Translations under genes and position numbers: made by a program
Origin: Fidelibacterota bacterium
Lineage (GTDB): Bacteria; Fidelibacterota; Fidelibacteria; Fidelibacterales; DSDE01
Length of the DNA stretch: 64,000 nt
Direction: 5' to 3'
NCBI GenBank assembly: GCA_046735395.1
Contig: JBJKQR010000062.1
Coordinates: 103,162 to 167,161 of the forward strand
The notes under the pieces: model-generated
What the model was told of the DNA's origin: nothing
Databases searched by the model: none
The model's input: the letters and a program-made list of their open reading frames with translations, nothing else
Shown: piece after piece, positions 40,892 to 51,226 of the stretch
Numbering within the stretch: position 1 is the first letter of the stretch
Layout: each line of letters starts with the position of its first letter

Positions 40892-43800
40892 ATGATAGCA
40901 ATGACCATCAAATCCAGACCCAGCACGCTGGCAATCCTTATCTTCATCCTGGCCCTGATTCCCATTCTCAGTCTGATCAATCAGAACGAGAATGACCGGG
41001 TCATGGTAGAAATGGCGGAAGCGGAGGCAATTGCCGTAAATCACGCAAAGATACTGCATCTCAATCTGGATCATGCTCTCTCCGCGACCCGGGCTCTGGC
41101 GTCACTGGTCAGACAGGGAAATGGACAGATCCCCAATTTTAATGATATTGCCCGGGAGATGCTGGAACTCTACCCGGGAGTCGCTAATCTTCAGCTCGCA
41201 GAACAGGGCAAGGTCAGTAAAATATACCCTCCGACGGGTAAGAAGATCGCAGCCGGCCACAGCAAATTCAACGATTCACTCCATGCCGCCGAAAGCCGCC
41301 TTGCCATGGAAACGGGCGAGATGACGCTGACAGGCCCCTATCCTCTGGTTCAGAAGGGGACGGGAGCACTGGGCCGGATGCCCATCTATTTAAAAGGGGA
41401 TCAGGATAAGTTTGTCTTCTGGGGATTTTCCGCGGTTCTCATTGATCTGGATCGGCTTCTGGAACAGACAAATATTCGGGCGCTGGAGGCTCAGGGTTAC
41501 GCTTACCGGCTCTGGAAGGAAGATCCGGAAAACGGACAGAAACAGACCATTTTTGCATCGGCACAGCGTCCCGGGAATCCGGTTGATGTATCCATACAGA
41601 TTGCCAATACGGAGTGGACGCTGAGTATTGCGCCGCTGGTTGGCTGGCATCAGGATTCCATGCTGGTGCTGAGAATTATTTTCGGGGTCCTGCTGGCTGC
41701 ACTCTTTGCCTTTCTCGTTAAAACACTGGCAGAGCTTCAACTGAACAAGCAGCATCTCGAAGACGAGATTCGCCGGCGCACCGGAGACCTGAAGCTGGAA
41801 ATGGAAGAGAACAGGAAAAATACAGCAGCCCTTCGTGTCAGTGAATCCAAATTCCGTCATCTCACGGAAAGCTCTCCGGCCATTATTTACCAGTTCCGGC
41901 TTGAAGAGGACGGCAGTCCTTCATTTCAGTATTTTAATGTTGATATCGAACAGGCGCTGGGAATCGAATCACGGGGTGACCGCACTGATACAGAGCTGAT
42001 CTTTACCGCCCTGCATCCGAATGACAGGCAGGAACTGGTTGAACGAATCCGGGAATCGGCGCGGACCATGACACCCTATATCCAGGTTCTGCGCTTCAAT
42101 GTAAGAGGAACGACGCTGTGGATGGATTCACGATCGGTTCCGGAAAGACTGGAAGACGGGACGATGATCTGGAACGGCCTGTCCGTCAATGTCACCGCCC
42201 TCTTTCTGGCACAGGAAGCACTGCAGAAAAGTGAGGAACGAAACCGGGCCTTTCTGGATGCCATTCCGGACATGATGTTCATTATGGACGGCAGCGGCAG
42301 GTTCGTAGATTTTTCAGCGGGGATCGACGCACCGGTGGCTGCAGTTGAAAATTTTATCATGCATAATGTCGCGGAAGTGCTTCCCCCGGATGTAGCCAGC
42401 CTGACCATGGAAAAGCTCTCGGAAGTATTTGAGTATCAGGATGTCCGGATTTTCGAATACAGTCTGGAAACAGAACAGGGACTCCAATGGTTCGAAAGCC
42501 GTCTGGCCCCCTGCGGAGACAGCACAGTCATGGCCATCGTTCGCAACATTACGACAAAAAAATCCGATGAAAAGGAGCTGAATATTCTCTATTCAGCCCT
42601 GGACCAGAGTCCCACAGCATTCATTATTACGGATGCGAAAGGCTTCATCGAATATGTGAATCCCAAATTCAGCAGCATGACGGGATATTCACGCCAGGAT
42701 GTAATGGGTCTGAAACCAAGCTTCCTCAAGTCCGGTGGCCCGGAAGATACCATTTATCCCGAGTTGTGGCGCAGCATCACCTCCGGAAAGATCTGGTCGG
42801 GAGATCTGCAGAACCGCCGCAAGGACGGCAGCCTGTTCTGGGAACGCATCACCATCGGCCCGGTTTTCAGTCCGGACAGGCAGCTGTCCCATTTCGTGGC
42901 CACGGCCGAAGATATTGAAAAAACAAAGCTCCTGGAAGAACAGCTTCGTCAATCACAGAAACTGGAGGAGATCGGACATCTCGCCGGCGGAATTGCTCAT
43001 GATTTCAATAATATTCTGTCGGCTCAGTACGGCTTCTCCGAAATGGCCCTGAAGAATATTCCTCCGGACAGCCGTGCACTCAAGGCCGTACAGCAGATTC
43101 AGAAAGCGAATGAACGCGCAGCGAAACTCGTGAAACAGATTCTGGCTTTCGGCCGAAAACAGATCTATACTCCTGTTTCACTTGATATCAGCCACACGCT
43201 GGGCGACCTGTCAAAAATGATGAACCGGCTGATCGGCGAAGATATTGAGATTCAGCTCAATTTTCCGTCCAATCCATTGTTCATCAATGCAGATCCCTCT
43301 CAAATCGAACAGATTCTCATTAATCTTGCCGTCAACGCGCGCGACGCCATTCGCAGAAATAAAAGCACTCACCTCAAACGGGAATTTTCCGTCACCGCCG
43401 AGGCAATGACCGTTGACGACAGCGGCTTTCGCTATGAAGACTCTCCCCTGCCCGGCACCTATGTACTCATGACCTTCAGTGATACCGGGATCGGGATGGA
43501 CAAAAATACCCTGAAACGGATTTTCGAGCCCTTCTTCACGACCAAGGAGGTCGGCCAGGGAACCGGCCTGGGCCTGTCCACCGTCTATGGCATCATCAAG
43601 CAGAACCGGGGCTATATAACTGTATACAGCGAACCAGGCGCGGGAACAACCTTCAGAATATACTGGCCAACGTCCGAATCCCTGCCGGCTGAGGATAGAA
43701 AACCGTCAGCATCCGTTGTCGAGATAAAGGGACGTGAACGGATTCTGCTTGCTGAGGATGATACCATGCTCAGAGAAGTGACGGAACAATATCTTACGGA

Positions 43801-44107
43801 CATGGGCTATCGTGTCCTTGCCTGTACAAATGGCCAGGAAGCGCTGGAAACAGCCGAAAAACACAAGTATGAATTTGATATCCTGGTGACGGATGTGACC
43901 ATGCCGAGAATGAGCGGCCGCGATCTGGCCGAACAGCTGCTCCTGAAGAAGCCGGGCCTGAATGTGCTGCTCTGTTCCGGGTATAACGAGGAAATCAATC
44001 AGGATCATACCCGCTTTCCCTTCCTGGTCAAGCCCTTCACCACCCGGGAACTGGCTGGCAGAATCCGTGAAATAATGGATAAAACGGAATCAATCCCGTC
44101 TCATTGA
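40892..44107 (+). CDS. Hybrid sensor histidine kinase (CHASE-like, 3 PAS, HisKA/HATPase, REC)
   Basis: LTGPYPLVQ CHASE-like segment between two TMs; GGIAHDFNN; NLAVNARDA; DTGIGM; FFTTK; GTGLGL; LLAEDD...TDVTMP. Confidence 0.93.
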   Translation: MIAMTIKSRPSTLAILIFILALIPILSLINQNENDRVMVEMAEAEAIAVNHAKILHLNLDHALSATRALASLVRQGNGQIPNFNDIAREMLELYPGVANLQLAEQGKVSKIYPPTGKKIAAGHSKFNDSLHAAESRLAMETGEMTLTGPYPLVQKGTGALGRMPIYLKGDQDKFVFWGFSAVLIDLDRLLEQTNIRALEAQGYAYRLWKEDPENGQKQTIFASAQRPGNPVDVSIQIANTEWTLSIAPLVGWHQDSMLVLRIIFGVLLAALFAFLVKTLAELQLNKQHLEDEIRRRTGDLKLEMEENRKNTAALRVSESKFRHLTESSPAIIYQFRLEEDGSPSFQYFNVDIEQALGIESRGDRTDTELIFTALHPNDRQELVERIRESARTMTPYIQVLRFNVRGTTLWMDSRSVPERLEDGTMIWNGLSVNVTALFLAQEALQKSEERNRAFLDAIPDMMFIMDGSGRFVDFSAGIDAPVAAVENFIMHNVAEVLPPDVASLTMEKLSEVFEYQDVRIFEYSLETEQGLQWFESRLAPCGDSTVMAIVRNITTKKSDEKELNILYSALDQSPTAFIITDAKGFIEYVNPKFSSMTGYSRQDVMGLKPSFLKSGGPEDTIYPELWRSITSGKIWSGDLQNRRKDGSLFWERITIGPVFSPDRQLSHFVATAEDIEKTKLLEEQLRQSQKLEEIGHLAGGIAHDFNNILSAQYGFSEMALKNIPPDSRALKAVQQIQKANERAAKLVKQILAFGRKQIYTPVSLDISHTLGDLSKMMNRLIGEDIEIQLNFPSNPLFINADPSQIEQILINLAVNARDAIRRNKSTHLKREFSVTAEAMTVDDSGFRYEDSPLPGTYVLMTFSDTGIGMDKNTLKRIFEPFFTTKEVGQGTGLGLSTVYGIIKQNRGYITVYSEPGAGTTFRIYWPTSESLPAEDRKPSASVVEIKGRERILLAEDDTMLREVTEQYLTDMGYRVLACTNGQEALETAEKHKYEFDILVTDVTMPRMSGRDLAEQLLLKKPGLNVLLCSGYNEEINQDHTRFPFLVKPFTTRELAGRIREIMDKTESIPSH

Positions 44108-44189
44108 CGTCCTTCGCTTCTGTCCCGATGGGTCAGGATTTTTTATTTATAATTGAATCCAATGATAAATTGAAATGCGCATTCGCGGC

Positions 44190-45119
44190 TCAGTCAAGCT
44201 TTTTCATGAGATCCGCAACACGCGGTGAATAGACACTCAAATGCTCCGCGCCCGAATATCCGGCCGGGCCCAGCACGATCCGTGCTTCCTCGTAAACAGC
44301 CCCAACCGTCTGAGTATTCAGTTCGTCAGCCAGCTCATCCATCGTATCAATGCGGTCGGGAGCGAATACGGCCAGTCCCCATTCCTCCCGGTACCAGATA
44401 AGCTGTCCGCCCCATTTCTCGATGACATCTCCCGATGCGGCATAAAAATCCTGCAGCGCCTCAATGGTCCGGCTGTCCCCGTTTTCTTCTGCATATCGCG
44501 GGACGTTCTGCATCCGGAAGACGAGAAGGATCCGGGTGACCTCCTCCATACCGATCACGATCTCGGAGGCATTCCATTCCTTTTTCAGAAGTCCGTAGAG
44601 AATTTTGTCATGATAACCATCGGGCCGGAAAACACCGTCACGCATCCGCCCCTCAACCCGGAAGCCTGCCGATTTCAGCAGGGAAATACTGGCCCGGTTG
44701 TAGTCATATACTTCAGCAGCGATGCGATGATAATTGAAATCGTTGAAGAGATGATGCAGAAAACTGAAGAGGGCATCCTGTCCGAAACCCTGATTCTGAT
44801 ACTCCGGCAGAATCTGGAAGCCCACATAGCAGTTCAGGTTGTCACGGTCGATTTTTCCGGCATGTATCTGGCCCACGGCCAGTTCCGTCACCCGGTCCAC
44901 AATCACCATGGGATAATAGGCCACCTGAGGCTTCAGAATATATCCGGTATAAATGGTCTTGAAATATTTGCGTTCAACGGGAATGAACATCCGGTCGTCA
45001 CTGAAATAGGCAATCTGTTCATCCGCGACCAATCTGAAATACAGATCGAGATCGTCGGAACGGGGTTGTCTCAGCAGCACCCTTTCACCGTAGATCCGTA
45101 TTTCCCGTTCAGCCGGCAT
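44190..45119 (-). CDS. RimJ/RimL-type GNAT acetyltransferase fused to a degenerate class III cyclase-like domain
   Basis: YQNQGFG, YNRASISL...GFRVEG...YHDKILYGLL; C-terminal ~115 aa resembles a cyclase homology domain. Confidence 0.8.
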   Translation of the reverse strand: MPAEREIRIYGERVLLRQPRSDDLDLYFRLVADEQIAYFSDDRMFIPVERKYFKTIYTGYILKPQVAYYPMVIVDRVTELAVGQIHAGKIDRDNLNCYVGFQILPEYQNQGFGQDALFSFLHHLFNDFNYHRIAAEVYDYNRASISLLKSAGFRVEGRMRDGVFRPDGYHDKILYGLLKKEWNASEIVIGMEEVTRILLVFRMQNVPRYAEENGDSRTIEALQDFYAASGDVIEKWGGQLIWYREEWGLAVFAPDRIDTMDELADELNTQTVGAVYEEARIVLGPAGYSGAEHLSVYSPRVADLMKKLD

Positions 45120-45134
45120 GGAAAACCGTCCCTG

Positions 45135-45791
45135 CTAAGTAAAGAATTTTTGAAAATCCTCGATGGTCAGTGTACTGAAGTCCGCAGCGATAAAATCGGC
45201 GTCTTTCAGCCACTCAGGCCCGAGGCTGGTGGTGAGCGCCAGGACACGGGCCCCTGCCGCCTTGCCGCTCTTCAGGCCGTTTATGCTGTCCTCCACGACC
45301 AGACAGTCCCGGATATCCAGTCCCAGGTCCGCCGCCGCCCTCAGATAGGGTTCGGGGTGAGGTTTGGATTCGGTCACTTCATCTGACGTGATCATGATAT
45401 CATAATCGGGCGTAACATGAGTATTGGCAAAGATCCATTCCATGATATCACGCCCCGTAGCCGTCACAATGCCGATACGGTAATTTTTCCGCAGCCGGGG
45501 AAACAGATCCTGAAACCCGCTGACATAGTCAAGTTCGCGGCTGAATACCTCAAGCAGATTTCGCTCCACTTCCCGCCGGATACGGCTTTCGTCCACATCG
45601 GGAAGATACTTTTCCCGGACCAGCTGAAAAAATTTCCGGGCAGGGAGCCCCTTCATCTGCGCCCATTCCTCTGGCGTGAGCGTAACATTATGCGCATCAA
45701 AGAGTTTCTGTTCGACTTTCTGGTACAAATGTTCGCTCAGTGCGATCACTCCGTCGAAATCAAACAAAATCGCCCGTTTTTTTTCTGTCAT
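45135..45791 (-). CDS. HAD-superfamily phosphatase (beta-PGM/CbbY-like)
   Basis: FDFDGV, KPHPEPY, VEDSINGL. Confidence 0.92.
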   Translation of the reverse strand: MTEKKRAILFDFDGVIALSEHLYQKVEQKLFDAHNVTLTPEEWAQMKGLPARKFFQLVREKYLPDVDESRIRREVERNLLEVFSRELDYVSGFQDLFPRLRKNYRIGIVTATGRDIMEWIFANTHVTPDYDIMITSDEVTESKPHPEPYLRAAADLGLDIRDCLVVEDSINGLKSGKAAGARVLALTTSLGPEWLKDADFIAADFSTLTIEDFQKFFT

Positions 45792-45812
45792 GGTGCTGAT
45801 ATGGAAACGGCG

Positions 45813-46040
45813 CTATTTGACCTGTTTGGACTTATACATGATGGACAGGGGCAGCACGACCACATAACCCAGCGCAAGCAGGATGGGAGCCACAACCAGA
45901 GACATGAAATCATAGGTTGCGCCTACCGACAGCGCCACATAGCCCAGAAGGATCGTGATGATTCCCCCGATGAACAGGTACAGGTTTTCGCGGGTCAGGC
46001 CCATTCCCTGCAGCAAATTTGTGTTGGATGTATTTTTCAT
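45813..46040 (-). CDS. Small two-TM protein (DUF3098-like)
   Basis: RENLYLF...LGYVAL...SLVVAPILLALGY pattern. Confidence 0.65.
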   Translation of the reverse strand: MKNTSNTNLLQGMGLTRENLYLFIGGIITILLGYVALSVGATYDFMSLVVAPILLALGYVVVLPLSIMYKSKQVK

Positions 46041-46308
46041 GAGCGGATTTTAGATATATTTCTGAAGGAATTCAAGAGCAAATTATGGATGATGGCAGGC
46101 ACAGTGAATTTGTATTTTTCAGTGGGGGAAAGCCTTTTTACCGGGGCGAAGTGAAATGAAGCCCGGCCCCCTATACGGAGCACGGCTCCGTCACACCCCC
46201 TTCTGCGGGGGACACCCCCGCAACGCCCCCGGTCCCTCCCGTGAAAAATTAAGCAACGCCGGTTTATGCAGACCTTCTATGTCTCAACCATTTTGCTTCA
46301 TCATTCTT

Positions 46309-46563
46309 TTACGGTTTCGCCGTCTCATTGTCCCGGATGGAACGCAGAAGATGCTCCAGGCCATTTGCCTTGATATCCAGCATCATGGCCATCTGCTGCC
46401 CCAGTTCACCCTTCGGAAAGCCTTTTTTCGCGAACCAGATAAAATATTCCTCGGGAATTTCTGAAAGGTATCGTTTTGCGAAACGTCCGAAGGGCATGCG
46501 GGCATGGGCAAGTTTCAGAAGGATTTCCTGATCCGGGCTGAGTGAGTCTGTCGCGGATTCCAC
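46309..46563 (-). CDS. DUF3820-family protein
   Basis: MPFGRFAKRYLSEIPEEYFIWF.KKGFPKGELG...IKANGLE; GTG start overlapping the upstream TAG. Confidence 0.8.
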   Translation of the reverse strand: MESATDSLSPDQEILLKLAHARMPFGRFAKRYLSEIPEEYFIWFAKKGFPKGELGQQMAMMLDIKANGLEHLLRSIRDNETAKP

Positions 46564-46976
46564 TATTCGGCTGCCTGCGTTTTCTCTTCCGGAAGCAGGG
46601 CCGCCGCGAGAAGCAGGATAAACAGCAGGCTGTGAATGACCGCCGGCCCGAAGACAGGATCGGCCAGAACGACACCGGTGCATCCGAAAGCTGTGCGCAG
46701 GCTGTCAAATCCCGCCAGCAGATTATAGAGAGCTCCGGCGGCCGCCACATAGCGCAGCAGGCGGCTCTGGGCCGCATAACGAATGATGAGCAGCACCAGC
46801 AGAGCCATACTGAGATTGCTGTACACGGCCAGCCGCAGACACAGCTGAGCCAGGGCACTCCCACCGATATTGGCAAAGACCGCCTGCGGGGCAAAGCCGA
46901 AACCCAGCACCCCGCCGACAATCTGAATGATGAGTCCGATGAGTACGGCAATATAGCGAAAGCGTTCACGTGTCAT
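46563..46976 (-). CDS. Hypothetical 4-TM membrane protein
   Basis: Hydrophobic ORF with RBS AAGGA before ATG 46976. Confidence 0.6.
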   Translation of the reverse strand: MTRERFRYIAVLIGLIIQIVGGVLGFGFAPQAVFANIGGSALAQLCLRLAVYSNLSMALLVLLIIRYAAQSRLLRYVAAAGALYNLLAGFDSLRTAFGCTGVVLADPVFGPAVIHSLLFILLLAAALLPEEKTQAAE

Positions 46977-47072
46977 AGTATTCCTTTCCAAATGGTTTGT
47001 TTCACGGTTCGCGGTGTTGGTTCCGAACACCGGCACGTTCAGGATCTGAAATGTGGTGGTTGTTCTCAGACC

Positions 47073-47434
47073 TTAATGATCCGGGCTTCTTCCAGAACTG
47101 ATTTTATCAATGCTTCCTTTCGGATGAGAAGTGGCTTCCCGTAGTGCCGCATTTATCAGAGTTCGATAGCCCATTCTTTTCTTCTCAGATAATTTTTTGT
47201 AAAATTCAATGAAATCCTCATCTCATCTTTATCGGTGTTAATATATCCTTTTTACTTTGGGAGCGGCCCGTCCTGCCGAAATAAATCGTATGACATCCTC
47301 ACATCCCGAATTCCCCGATGGAGTGCAATGGATATGTGAAACGGATCATTAAGTACCCCCCTTGCCCTTTCAAATGAGACCGGGTGTTTAGTAATATTCT
47401 GCCGGGCTTTCTCCGCATCCCATTCGAACTTCAT
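47073..47434 (-). pseudogene. Decayed BrnT/BrnA toxin-antitoxin pair
   Basis: MKFEWDAEKARQNITKH.VSFE (BrnT N-terminus, truncated); unlisted frame DEDFIEFYKKLSEKKRMGYRTLINAALRE (BrnA core) preceded by in-frame stops. Confidence 0.75.
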
Positions 47435-47521
47435 AAAATATTATAACTACCTTGTAACTACAATTAAACTTTAGTCAACACTACGACATGGATGATTTCA
47501 TCTGCCTCATCACCCCGCCAC

Positions 47522-47911
47522 TCAGTCTTTCATATCCGGTGTGAGCAGCCACTCTTTTGCCTGATCTGCGCTGCGGAAGGTGCAGTATCTGACCGGCAGA
47601 TGTTCAAATTCGGCATAATGTTCATACATGCGCCCCAGGGCAAAATCCAGATCAAACTTTCCGATAAAGGCGGTCTTCCCGCCCTCTCGCTTGCACAGGC
47701 AGTTTTTCAGCCTGCAGGCGAGGAGCTGAAACTCCTCATATCGGATACCGCCCACCGATCCCCGGCTCACATCCCAGAGCACCAGCCTGGTAGGTTTCCG
47801 GCCATAATATTCACTCGAATAGTGAAAGATTTCATCGGCAGTCAGACTCCCTTCCACCGTGAATATTGTCAGCGCATTCTCCGCATCGACCCGAACCTGA
47901 ATGTCAGCCAT
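47522..47911 (-). CDS. Hypothetical protein (STAS/SpoIIAA-like fold possible)
   Basis: 129-aa ORF with RBS GGAGG; VLWD...KTAFI...FRSADQAKEWL pattern. Confidence 0.6.
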   Translation of the reverse strand: MADIQVRVDAENALTIFTVEGSLTADEIFHYSSEYYGRKPTRLVLWDVSRGSVGGIRYEEFQLLACRLKNCLCKREGGKTAFIGKFDLDFALGRMYEHYAEFEHLPVRYCTFRSADQAKEWLLTPDMKD

Positions 47912-47990
47912 CGTGTTCCTCCCCGCATCGTGTAATTCGTCTCAATTATTATTTCCGACCATCTTCAACCACCAATACTGACTTATCTGG

Positions 47991-48599
47991 TCAGAAATAA
48001 TACCCGAATTTCAACAATTCAAAATTCCCAAAATAGTCGGGTGTCCAATACATTGCAGAGCTGTTGTATATTTTCGTTTTCGTACTCGTGAGATAGCGGC
48101 CGCCGGACAGATTTATTCCCCAGAACAGTCCGGATTCGGAGAAATATCGGTACCCGATACCGAAGGAAAGGCCTAACTTATTGTTAGTGACAATATCTTC
48201 CTCATCAGGATAAGGCCAGATAAATATGTCTTCATAGCCTTTTTCAAAACTATACCGAAGACCTCCGCAGAAATAGAATCCCTTCTGATTTGTATTAAAA
48301 AATTTGCGGTACTGCGCATCAAGGATCAGAACGGTCGATTTTTCCGCGTCCTCACCGTTTGCACCATAATACACGGGAAAAGCGATTTCGGCCCCTCTGT
48401 CTAAATTGAAAATTGAGAACGTCGCAAAAATATTCGTGAAATCCTTTTTGGACATCAGCAACATTATGGGATTCAGCTCGACTCCGTAATTCCGCCGTCC
48501 TGCGGCCGACAGCTCGTTTCCCGTCCCATTCGCATCATTTTCTCCGGCTATCAGGGCCACAGAAGTCAGCAGCAGTATCAACATCAGGATTTTTTTCAT
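47991..48599 (-). CDS. Small outer-membrane beta-barrel protein (hypothetical)
   Basis: Signal peptide; ELNP, GLSFGIGYRY, terminal KFGYYF. Confidence 0.7.
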   Translation of the reverse strand: MKKILMLILLLTSVALIAGENDANGTGNELSAAGRRNYGVELNPIMLLMSKKDFTNIFATFSIFNLDRGAEIAFPVYYGANGEDAEKSTVLILDAQYRKFFNTNQKGFYFCGGLRYSFEKGYEDIFIWPYPDEEDIVTNNKLGLSFGIGYRYFSESGLFWGINLSGGRYLTSTKTKIYNSSAMYWTPDYFGNFELLKFGYYF

Positions 48600-48699
48600 T
48601 TTGCATCTCCTTTCTTAATAATTTCCATTTTTTTCAGCATTTCCGGCTCGTGCCGGAGGATGAATGGATTTCAATAGATTTTTTATTCTCTGCCTCGCC

Positions 48700-49599
48700 T
48701 TACAGCAGGTGGTACAGCAGCGGCAGCGTCACGAAGCTGAGCAGAATACCGAGTCCCAGCAGCGCCGCCGTCAGGGGTCGGTCCAGATCAGCCAGAATGG
48801 CCAGCGCTCCGGCGGACACCATGGGCGGCATGCCGGCTTCAAACACCGATACCCGGGCCGCCTCTCCGTTCACAGCGGCAATTTTTAAGAGATACAACGC
48901 CGCCAGAGGAGCCAGGATCAGTTTGATGGCCAGTCCGGCGCTCAGCGGGGCCAGGACCTGTCTGTCCAGGTTGAGATGGAGCTGGGTTCCCACCGCGATC
49001 ATGACCAGCGGCACGAGCGTGGCAGCCAGCATGGTGAGGAGGCTGTTCACCATGGCAGGATACGACACTGGCTTCAGCATAAATGCAAGTATGAGGGCAA
49101 GAAAAGGCGGGAAAGTCAGGACTTTCCGCAGGACACCGGCAGCTGTGGGCCGGCCTGCACCCGGCCCGTAGAGGGCAATGATCAGGGAGCCGTAGGTGGC
49201 CAGGGCCAGAAAGGATCCCAGCTGGTCATAGATGAGTGCGAAGGGTACGGCGGTGTCCCCGAAAAAAGCCTTCACCATGGGAATACCCAGAAAGGACGTA
49301 TTTCCCAGGGGTATGAGCAGCAGCAGGCTTCCGGTCGTGGGACGGCTCCAGTTCAGCAGCCGGGACAGAAGGAGCAGCAGAGCTGCGGACAGCGCCAGCA
49401 TGCCCCAGGGCAGCAGCGCGGGAACAGCCAGATCGAGGGACAGGGACAGATCGGGTATTTTGAGAAGAATCAGCGCCGGCAGAGAAATGGTGATGACGGT
49501 CAGATTCAGAACCGTTCCTGTCTGTTCCGGAAAGGCCGGCAGACGTTTAACGAGGATTCCGATGAGAAGCAGCGTGAGGGTTATGACGAAATTTTCCAT
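48700..49599 (-). CDS. AEC (auxin efflux carrier)-family transporter
   Basis: ISLPALIL, GNTSFLGIP, FPPFLAL, EAGMPPM. Confidence 0.9.
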   Translation of the reverse strand: MENFVITLTLLLIGILVKRLPAFPEQTGTVLNLTVITISLPALILLKIPDLSLSLDLAVPALLPWGMLALSAALLLLLSRLLNWSRPTTGSLLLLIPLGNTSFLGIPMVKAFFGDTAVPFALIYDQLGSFLALATYGSLIIALYGPGAGRPTAAGVLRKVLTFPPFLALILAFMLKPVSYPAMVNSLLTMLAATLVPLVMIAVGTQLHLNLDRQVLAPLSAGLAIKLILAPLAALYLLKIAAVNGEAARVSVFEAGMPPMVSAGALAILADLDRPLTAALLGLGILLSFVTLPLLYHLL

Positions 49600-49693
49600 T
49601 TTTTATTTCTGTCTCCGAAGGCCTCGGGCAGGGCCGGATTTCTGTAATCATATTAATTATACATTGGTGTGGCCATTTACGTCCATACTATGA

Positions 49694-51121
49694 TCAGTAT
49701 GAAGGAGACCGCGGGCTATAGATAAATGAGATCAGTACCTCTCCATTAAAGTAGTTTGTATCCGGAGGTAATTCACGGTCAATGTATTTGGTCACAGTGT
49801 AATCACAGGTATAACTCAGATCGATATATGCCTGGTCAATGAGATAATATTTGAGACTTATCGTCGTAATGAAATCATGAAACAGTTCATCATAATCCAG
49901 ATTTCGGGAATTTACCCGGCTCATACTGTATTGTCCGTTGATGGAAGCCATCACTCGGTCTGTAATATCGTATTGACCGCCAGCTCCCAGGGAAAGCGAA
50001 TACTTCTGATTCGTTGATGAACTTGCATTCATTGATGGCCCCACAGACAGATCTGAATTAAATCCGAGCGTCGCATTCATTGAAACGGGGCGCATCCAGG
50101 AGTAGGACAGGACAAGCATTAGGAAATTATCTTCCTTCCAGCTTCTATTATTTGTCAGAAGAGAGTCGGCTTTATCATAGGTTTTTCTTTCATTATAATT
50201 TTTCGAATAATCCATACTGCTTCCGACACTCCATTTAGCCCCGGAGTAGCGGGCATGATGAAGTAAATTTACAGCTTCTGTCAGATAGAGCGTTGAATAC
50301 AGTGTCAGATTATCGGTAGGGATGCCCAGTGTATCCAGCACAGATTCGAGATGCTGCCAATAATATTTTGCGCTGCGATAATGCAATCGCGTATATTCGT
50401 CTTTGGTATCCAGTGCCTGTGCGAGCCGGACCACATCACCAGAGGAAAGTGCCTCCGTTGCAACCCCAAGTTCCTCAAGACGATTCAGCACCAGTAGAGC
50501 CCGATGGATGTTGGTAACATCACGTACCCGCCCCCGGCCGACCTGCAGATCCAGAAAATGATTCTGGGTCCCGTCTTGATTAATTTGATTATTGTAGTAT
50601 GAATATGTCGATGTCGAACCGATTTGCTTATCCGTATATTCACTGCTGTTCCGATGATTGGATAGCCTCCCGGACACACCCAGATACCATCCTGGATTCG
50701 TCTTCAGGTAGAATTGATCCGAGTATGATAATGTGAAAGCGAGATTTCTCGTGTTGTATTGCGAATTTTCTTTATAACTCGATTTAGTTTTTACTCCAGA
50801 CGAATTATTCTGAATAGTTGCAGTCAGGGAAACGGATCGAACTCTGGACTCTGATTCAAAGTAATTATAGTAAGCCCCGTTCAGATTAAGAACGGATTGG
50901 TCGTAATCACGGGAGTATGTGATTAGATCCCCCGATCCAAGTCGATGGTTCTTCAGATATAGGTTATCCTGATCCGATTGGTAATTGAGTTTGAATTGAG
51001 GATATGAATATTTTACCGTATCAATTCGGTACTGATCATAGAGGGACAGGTCAAATTCAGCTCCGGTCAGTGAACTGCTCAGGAATAAAAGTAACAGACT
51101 GAAATAAGTAAACTGCTGCAT
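49694..51121 (-). CDS. Hypothetical exported protein, probable beta-barrel
   Basis: Signal peptide; Tyr/Ser/Asn-rich amphipathic strands; more AT-rich than core genes. Confidence 0.65.
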   Translation of the reverse strand: MQQFTYFSLLLLFLSSSLTGAEFDLSLYDQYRIDTVKYSYPQFKLNYQSDQDNLYLKNHRLGSGDLITYSRDYDQSVLNLNGAYYNYFESESRVRSVSLTATIQNNSSGVKTKSSYKENSQYNTRNLAFTLSYSDQFYLKTNPGWYLGVSGRLSNHRNSSEYTDKQIGSTSTYSYYNNQINQDGTQNHFLDLQVGRGRVRDVTNIHRALLVLNRLEELGVATEALSSGDVVRLAQALDTKDEYTRLHYRSAKYYWQHLESVLDTLGIPTDNLTLYSTLYLTEAVNLLHHARYSGAKWSVGSSMDYSKNYNERKTYDKADSLLTNNRSWKEDNFLMLVLSYSWMRPVSMNATLGFNSDLSVGPSMNASSSTNQKYSLSLGAGGQYDITDRVMASINGQYSMSRVNSRNLDYDELFHDFITTISLKYYLIDQAYIDLSYTCDYTVTKYIDRELPPDTNYFNGEVLISFIYSPRSPSY

Positions 51122-51226
51122 TTCCTTCTCCTTTTTTTTATAAATAATTTCAAATTATTTACAGCAACATCTTCAGGCATCTCGCCAGACCTTGCTGCGT
51201 TCACCAGAGGGTACTGTTCGATTCCG

